Sequence record: NZ_CP011600.1
From: a plasmid
Strand: one strand, 5' to 3'
Length of the DNA: 64,000 bases
Shown: positions 58,337-64,000 of the stretch, piece by piece
How the letters are laid out: the number at the start of each line of letters is the position of its first letter
Position numbering within the stretch: position 1 is the first letter of the stretch
Position numbers and translations under genes: made by a program
Notes under the pieces: generated by a model
The model's input: the letters and a program-made list of their open reading frames with translations, nothing else
What the model was told of the DNA's origin: nothing
Database searches by the model: none

Positions 58337-58539
58337 AGCGGAAGCGCCGCGGGCGCATCCGCCCTTCCCCCCGTTCCCCGGAGGGGAACAGTGTTTCCGG
58401 GATGTTCATGCGTGCGGCCGCGCCCGGAACGAAAAGGGGGCTGCCAGTCGGACAACTGACAGCCCCTTGTAAAGGCGCTTTCGGCAGAACTGACCCCCTC
58501 AGCCCTGAAAAGGCGGGGTTTCCCCCGCCTCCAGGTAGC

Positions 58540-58698
58540 TTACTTACCGGATTCGTAAGCCATGAAAGCCGCCACCTCCCTGTTCGTGTCCCTGTACCGG
58601 ATTTCGCAGAGCGATTTACGGGTCAGGTAAGTGAATATCAGCAGTGTGAGACACACTATTAACACGCACCAGAGCAGGGTACTTCGTGGCAGTTTCAT
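58540..58698 (-). CDS. hok: Hok/FlmA type I toxin
   Basis: 52 aa [52 protein letters not shown], near-identical to F FlmA/Hok. Not in the ORF track because <60 aa. Confidence 0.85.
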   Translation of the reverse strand: MKLPRSTLLWCVLIVCLTLLIFTYLTRKSLCEIRYRDTNREVAAFMAYESGK

Positions 58699-58769
58699 AG
58701 CTGACTTCTCCTGTCAACGCAAAGCAGAAGTGTCACCATCGGTGCGAAACAGAGATGTCATGCTTTGGT
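58699..58769 (+). ncRNA. sok: sok antisense RNA / mok leader region of the hok locus (approximate)
   Basis: Position immediately 5' of hok on the opposite strand, as in hok/sok and flm loci. Exact transcript ends not determined. Confidence 0.35.
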
Positions 58770-59057
58770 TCAGAGAATGCGTTTGACCGCCTCGCTATAT
58801 ACTTCCGAGCGTTCTCTTTTCCCAACAGAAATCACGAAAACGACAACTTTCTCGTCTATAACCTGGTATACAAGGCGATAGCCTGAAGACCGGAGCTTAA
58901 TCTTGTAACAATCAGGCATACCACGGAGCTTGTTTGCTTCAATCCGGGGTGACTCAAGTACTTCAACCAGCTTCTTTTTCAACTGTTCACGTACCGTCGA
59001 GCCCAGCTTTCGCCATTCCTTTAGTGCCCGCTCGTCAAAATCCAGAAAATACGCCAT
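58770..59057 (-). CDS. relE: RelE/ParE-family toxin (StbE-like)
   Basis: 95 aa, RelE/ParE fold signature (...RLVYQV..E.VVVFVISVGKRERSEVY). Overlaps the antitoxin stop by 1 nt. Confidence 0.8.
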   Translation of the reverse strand: MAYFLDFDERALKEWRKLGSTVREQLKKKLVEVLESPRIEANKLRGMPDCYKIKLRSSGYRLVYQVIDEKVVVFVISVGKRERSEVYSEAVKRIL

Positions 59058-59296
59058 CAGAGTTCATCCAGCGTCACACGTACTGGCTTAGGATTACAAA
59101 GTCGTTCTTTCACTATCTCCACAAGTTCAGCATCTTCATCACTCAGGAGTGTCTGTTTGAACGGCAAGCGTTCATTGTCAGCGATATACTCGAGCATGAG
59201 ACGAAGCGCTTCAGAAGGAGTTACGCCCATTTTTTCAAGCGCGGCGTAAGAACGCGCTTTAAGTTCATCGTCAATACGTAGGTTAATGCTACCCAT
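59057..59296 (-). CDS. relB: RelB/DinJ-family antitoxin (StbD-like)
   Basis: 79 aa. N-terminal RHH (MGSINLRIDDELKARSYAALEKMGVTPSEALRLML). Upstream gene of the TA pair. Confidence 0.75.
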   Translation of the reverse strand: MGSINLRIDDELKARSYAALEKMGVTPSEALRLMLEYIADNERLPFKQTLLSDEDAELVEIVKERLCNPKPVRVTLDEL

Positions 59297-59302
59297 GTCT
59301 TA

Positions 59303-59340
59303 CACCCCTTGTAATTACAAATGTCATTACAAGTATCGCA
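59303..59340 (-). promoter_or_regulatory. relBE operator: inverted repeats TTGTAATTACAA / TGTCATTACAAG overlapping the promoter
   Basis: Palindromic ttgtaattacaaatgtcattacaag located 10-40 bp upstream of the relB start. Typical autoregulatory operator architecture. Confidence 0.45.
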
Positions 59341-59534
59341 CTACAACATGCTTAGGGCAAGTCACGAAGTAAGTCAGAAAGTAGTCGTAAGAACGGTGAT
59401 CACTGTCCGCTTTGTGCCAGAAGTGGACGGCAGGATTTGTTGAACATTTCAGACAAAACCAAACTCAAAACAACTATTGAAATCAAGCCAGCATAGCGGA
59501 TACATTACGCACGTTGTTACTTTGTATCATCAGG

Positions 59535-59912
59535 ATGCCGTTAACTGTGTTTATCAGCCGTGAAGTCATTTCCAGAATCGTGCTTATCATCATGGCTGTT
59601 GCCGTGCTGAGCAGTTCGTTTATGGCAAAGCCACAGGCTGCATACAGCGTTCAGGAAACAACGTCCATCAGTGACCATCAACACGACAGCGATGAACCAC
59701 TGAATGAGCACGATCCATTGTTGTTTCACTCCCACGGTAGCGTGCATCACCTCAATGCCGATCATTCCCACGATCTGAATAAACTCTTTGCTCTGCCTAC
59801 TCTGCACGCATGGAATCCGGGCATGCGGGTGATATATGCGTTGAGTTCAGAACAAATACTGCAAATGCCGCAGTCCACCCCCGAACGCCCTCCGAGAATC
59901 CTGTCTGCGTAA
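59535..59912 (+). CDS. Secreted His-rich metal-binding protein
   Basis: Signal peptide (IVLIIMAVAVLSSSFMA). Mature part rich in His/Asp (DHQHDSD, HDPLLFHSHGSVHHLNADHSHD). Confidence 0.4.
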   Translation: MPLTVFISREVISRIVLIIMAVAVLSSSFMAKPQAAYSVQETTSISDHQHDSDEPLNEHDPLLFHSHGSVHHLNADHSHDLNKLFALPTLHAWNPGMRVIYALSSEQILQMPQSTPERPPRILSA

Positions 59913-59955
59913 TAACTTCTGCTAATTCGTTATTATTCAACATGTAAGGATTTTT

Positions 59956-60693
59956 ATGTATACCAGCCTTGATACACAGGGCCGGTTGAGCGCTCGCCTG
60001 CTTTCAGCTCAGGCGCGTTCGGCTTGTCTGTTTTTCCTGTTGTTACTGCTTTTCTACAGCCAGGGCGCGTATGCGCACGGCGTGGCGGAAGGCGACAAAG
60101 GGTACATCCAGGAAATCACCGGGGTGAACATCATCCCGTTTATCTACCTTGGCGCGAAGCACATGGTGACCGGTTACGATCATCTGCTGTTTCTGTTCGG
60201 GGTGATTTTCTTTCTCTACAAAATGCGTGATATCGGGCTGTACGTTAGCCTGTTCGCTATCGGGCATTCAACGACGCTGCTCATCGGCACCTTCTTTGAT
60301 ATCAGCGTCAGTGCTTACCTTATTGACGCCATTATCGGGCTGTCCGTGGTCTATAAAGCGCTTGATAACCTCGGGGCATTCCAGCGCTGGTTTGGCGTTC
60401 AGCCCAACACGAAGCTTGCGACGCTCATCTTTGGATTCTTCCACGGTTTTGGTCTGGCAACCAAAATCCAGGAATTCGAAATCTCTCCCGATGGCCTGTT
60501 TGTCAACCTGATTGCCTTCAACATTGGCGTTGAGATCGGCCAGCTGCTCGCGCTGAGCGCCATCCTGATCGTTATGAGCTACTGGCGGCAAACGGCGAGC
60601 TTTTTCCGACACGCTTATACCGCCAATGTGGTGATGATGAGCGCGGGATTTCTGTTAATGAGTTACCAGCTTTGTGGCTACATTTTAGCCTGA
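59956..60693 (+). CDS. HupE/UreJ-family Ni/Co transporter
   Basis: 245 aa, multi-TM. Signal peptide followed by mature N-terminal His (AYA|HGVAEGDKG), HxxxxDH-type motif (GYDHLLFLFG) and conserved His in TMs (FFHGFG). Confidence 0.6.
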   Translation: MYTSLDTQGRLSARLLSAQARSACLFFLLLLLFYSQGAYAHGVAEGDKGYIQEITGVNIIPFIYLGAKHMVTGYDHLLFLFGVIFFLYKMRDIGLYVSLFAIGHSTTLLIGTFFDISVSAYLIDAIIGLSVVYKALDNLGAFQRWFGVQPNTKLATLIFGFFHGFGLATKIQEFEISPDGLFVNLIAFNIGVEIGQLLALSAILIVMSYWRQTASFFRHAYTANVVMMSAGFLLMSYQLCGYILA

Positions 60694-60706
60694 GGGAGAC
60701 AAAACA

Positions 60707-61396
60707 ATGTACAACACTGATTTACCAACACGCGCAGAATTACCTTCTGCCATCAAACTGATGCAGTCCACTATCCTCGCCGCCATCGTGGCGCTGACGC
60801 TGCTGATCACCGTCGTCATGCCTTCGGAATACGGCATTGATCCTACTGGCGTGGGTCGTTTACTGGGGCTTAAGCAGATGGGAGAAATCAAAACGCAGCT
60901 TGCCGAAGAAGCTGATGCCGATAATCAGGCCAGCGCTGTTCAGCAAGGACAGCTGGCTGCGCCAGTTAATGAGCGACCGATCCCGGATAATCCTCCGGCA
61001 ATAACGCAGAACACCTACCCGGAGCTGAGCGTTCCGGCGACCACGCGCGCGCCGGAAGTACCATCGGCTGGCTCGCAACGTCATCAGATGCTCATCACCC
61101 TGAAGCCTAACGAAGCTGCTGAAGTTAAACTGGAAATGCGCAAAGATGCCCGCGTGACCTATCAGTGGACAAGTTCCGGACCGGTAAACGTGGATGCGCA
61201 CGGCGATCCGGTCAACGCCCCGAAAGGCTTCTACCATGGCTATGGTAAAGCCCGGCAGATCACATCCGGAGACGGCGTTTTACAGGCCGCGTTCGAGGGT
61301 AAACATGGCTGGTTCTGGCGAAATCGTGGTTCTGAGACCATCACGATCCAGCTTGATACAACCGGCGACTACCTGAACATCAAACGGGTTATCTGA
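60707..61396 (+). CDS. Hypothetical membrane-anchored periplasmic protein
   Basis: 229 aa. One N-terminal TM then a soluble domain. Co-directional and tightly spaced (13 bp) after the HupE-like gene. Confidence 0.4.
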   Translation: MYNTDLPTRAELPSAIKLMQSTILAAIVALTLLITVVMPSEYGIDPTGVGRLLGLKQMGEIKTQLAEEADADNQASAVQQGQLAAPVNERPIPDNPPAITQNTYPELSVPATTRAPEVPSAGSQRHQMLITLKPNEAAEVKLEMRKDARVTYQWTSSGPVNVDAHGDPVNAPKGFYHGYGKARQITSGDGVLQAAFEGKHGWFWRNRGSETITIQLDTTGDYLNIKRVI

Positions 61397-61426
61397 TAAA
61401 TCAGGGGCAGGATAACCTGCCCCTTT

Positions 61427-62806
61427 TCACACAGCTGACAGCCCGGTCAGGCGGAGTATCAGCCCGGCGAGAGCCGCCATGGCAATAACGTGCGTAACCT
61501 TCCATTTTAATCTGAAAAGCGCAAACGCAGCGGCGACGGCAATCAGGGCGGCAGGGATATCGATCCCTCCCTTTGCGCCTTCCGGCCATACGGTATGCCA
61601 GATAAAAAACAGCCCCAGATTAACAATGACGCCCACTACGGCCGCTGTGATGGCGGTTAAAGGTGCCGTGAAACCCGCCTTGTTGTGGGTCGTTTCGATA
61701 AACGGCCCGCCTGCCAGCACGAAAATGAAGGACGGGAGAAAGGTAAACCAGGTCACCATGCAGGCGGCAACGGCGCCGCCGACAAACAGCATATCCGCGC
61801 CAAAAACGGCATGGGTATACCCGCCCACAAATCCGACAAACGTGACCACCATAATCAGCGGGCCGGGCGTGGTTTCTCCCAGCGCCAGCCCGTCCATCAT
61901 CTGCCCGGCAGTCAGCCAGCCAAAATTGACGACAGCACCCTGATAAACGTATGGCAGGACGGCGTAGGCCCCACCGAAGGTAAGGAGCGCAGCCTTGGTA
62001 AAGAACCAGCCCATCTGCGTCACCGGATGCGCCCAGCCCAGCCCCAGCGTCAGCACCGTCATGGGAATAAGCCAGAGCAGTGCACCCGCTGCCACAATCC
62101 TTAACAGTTTCGCCCAGCTGAACAGGGCATGCGCCGGTACGGGCGTATGATCGTCAATAACCGCAGCATCAACGGCGGCTTTCTCCTGTTTGTTATGCCC
62201 GCTGCCGCTGTGAAATTTTTCCGGCGCGATGCGTCCGCCGATAAAGCCAGTTATCGCTGCTGAAATAACGATGACGGGAAAAGGAACGTTCAGGGCGAAA
62301 ACGGCCACAAAAGCCGCAGCAGCTATGGCCCAGTGGGCACCGTGTTTCAGCGCACGGGAGCCGATGCGATGCGCCGCCTGCAGCACGATTGCCGCCACGG
62401 CGGGTTTAATGCCGTAAAAGATACCGGCAATAATGGCAACGTCTCCCCAGGCGATATAGATCCACGACAACGCGATAAGAATAAAAAGTGAGGGAAGGAT
62501 AAATAACAAACCCGCTATCACTCCGCCCAAGGTCCTGTGCATCAGCCAGCCAATGTAGGTGGCAAGTTGCTGAGCTTCCGGACCGGGCAGCACCATACAG
62601 AAATTGAGTGCGTGGAGAAAACGGGACTCGGAAATCCAGCGCCGGTTCTCGACCAGTTCCTGATGCATGATCGCAATCTGTCCGGCAGGACCGCCAAAGC
62701 TGATAAAACCCAGCTTCATCCAGAACCAGAACGCCTCCTTCAGGGGGACCGGCTTGGGCTTAACGTTTTCCTCTGCCAGCGTCAGCAACTCCGTTTTGTT
62801 CATCAT
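61427..62806 (-). CDS. chrA: Chromate efflux transporter ChrA
   Basis: 459 aa with two CHR-family repeats ([20 protein letters not shown]... and ...[14 protein letters not shown]...). Confidence 0.85.
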   Translation of the reverse strand: [459 protein letters not shown]

Positions 62807-63737
62807 GGCCGGACCTCATTTCAAACGTCGTTAACAGACCGTCAAACAGCGAACAGGCCGCTGTGAGTAATGTGTCATCATCCGTAATGCTTTCACGCAA
62901 TCCTGCCAGTACACTTTCAACGCCAGCGGCTTCGGGGGGCTGAACCCCGCCAACATCAAGGTAATGCACAAGCATCCCCAGACCATTCAGGGCATCCCCC
63001 GTCAGCCCGAAGCGGACCATCAGCACTTCAAAGGTCACACGATTGTCGATGTGGCTGAAGGTCGCGCCATCAAAATCAAACCCCACCGCCTCTTCCGGGC
63101 AATCGTTGCCATCCTTAAGCCAGAGAAACTGCGCATCCTGGTCGATAAAACGCCGTATAAGCCAGGCGCTGGCAAGCCTGTCAATCCATGGCCGGCGACG
63201 CGTAGCCCAGATCCTGTTATGAAAATCCTCAGGCTTCAGCCGTGTCAGCAAGCCACTGACGGCATGAGGCTCTCCGGGAGAGATGAACCTGTTAATGCCA
63301 GCTTCCAGTTCTGACAAGGCAAAAATGGCCTGCGCCTGCGCTTCACCAGGAAAGAAATCAATCGCCACAATCCGATCCAGCTCGCGACGAAGTTTTCTTA
63401 CCATCTTCAGTTGGCTGACCGCGGTTTCCTCATTAAGGTCGTTTTTACAAACCTGAAGGCTCTCCATCAGGATCAGGTACTGCTGAGAGCGATCGAATAA
63501 CGGGCGAATTTTCTCTTCGTCGGAAGTCTCTGCGTCAAAAACAAAGGCCGTTCCTCCCTCACCGCTGATTTCACGACTCATCTCGTTAAAAATCTCATGG
63601 CTCTGTTGCGCTTCAGGCAACAGATAAACGCCGTCGCGCAGCATGGCGGCACCGGTATTTTTTAATGCCCGCCAGACACGCATACGTAATGTGGCCTGCT
63701 CAGTGGGCAGTGTCAGAATAAGGATATGTAGTTTCAT
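62760..63737 (-). CDS. chrB: Chromate resistance regulator ChrB
   Basis: 325 aa directly upstream of and overlapping chrA. N-terminal ChrB domain and C-terminal rhodanese-like region as in ChrB proteins. Confidence 0.7.
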   Translation of the reverse strand: MKLHILILTLPTEQATLRMRVWRALKNTGAAMLRDGVYLLPEAQQSHEIFNEMSREISGEGGTAFVFDAETSDEEKIRPLFDRSQQYLILMESLQVCKNDLNEETAVSQLKMVRKLRRELDRIVAIDFFPGEAQAQAIFALSELEAGINRFISPGEPHAVSGLLTRLKPEDFHNRIWATRRRPWIDRLASAWLIRRFIDQDAQFLWLKDGNDCPEEAVGFDFDGATFSHIDNRVTFEVLMVRFGLTGDALNGLGMLVHYLDVGGVQPPEAAGVESVLAGLRESITDDDTLLTAACSLFDGLLTTFEMRSGHDEQNGVADAGRGKR

Positions 63738-64000
63738 AGTGTAGAGATTAATACATATGGTAGAGATTGCTACATATTTTCAGTCTTTCTAACCGTACAT
63801 ATCGCTATCTTTTTATGGTGCTCATAATTGCTCTTATCGGTACCGGTCTTGCTACCGTTGCACTGGGCCTGCTGGCGGGCGACAGGGCAGGGGGAGTCGG
63901 GAACGGCGCTGGCAATGAAGATGCTTGCTTATATTCTGGTCGCCCCGGTCGCTGATGCATTATGCGGGCCTTTTTATTCATATCGCCAATACAAGACTTT

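Noticed and set aside
63767-63955. 62-aa ORF at the window edge
   Set aside because: Short, Gly/Ala-rich, no RBS. Likely lies in the chrB promoter region.

Overview
This window reads as a multi-replicon F-like (MOBF/MPF-F) conjugative plasmid from an enterobacterium. From left to right it contains: (i) a cargo operon encoding an AmiC/NasS-like sensor, an AmiR/NasT-like ANTAR antiterminator and a peptide/nickel-type ABC permease; (ii) a RepFIB-type iteron replicon (DnaA box, iterons, repE-like repA) and an IncFII replicon (repA2/copB, copA region, repA1, oriR); (iii) a PLD-family Nuc nuclease and a DsbA-like oxidoreductase; (iv) a nearly complete F-type tra operon on the minus strand (traM, traA, L, E, K, B, V, C, trbI, traW, U, trbC, traN, F, trbB, traH, G, S, T, D, I) with several departures from the F paradigm; (v) a leading region with lytic transglycosylase gene X, a DUF932/orf273-like gene, three ~500-bp Frpo/ssi-like repeats each driving small unknown ORFs, and hok/sok and relBE addiction modules; (vi) a metal cargo (His-rich periplasmic protein, HupE/UreJ, chrBA). 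The main departures are as follows. traI is split by a 4,991-bp Tn3-family transposon (39-bp IRs, TTCTC target duplication) that itself carries an IS110-family insertion in tnpA. No traJ, traY, finO or traX is present; instead an RfaH/ActX-like NusG paralog sits inside the tra operon and a strongly translated tandem-RHH (TraY-like) gene lies divergent from traA. A ~3-kb trimeric autotransporter adhesin gene is inserted between traT and traD. Three unknown genes are inserted between traW and traU. A ~400-bp array of 19-bp repeats with ~33-bp periodicity lies between traM and an F-like oriT nic site. The leading-region ssDNA-promoter units with uncharacterised small acidic proteins (anti-defence candidates) and the rewired tra regulation and adhesin cargo are the most promising new biology.
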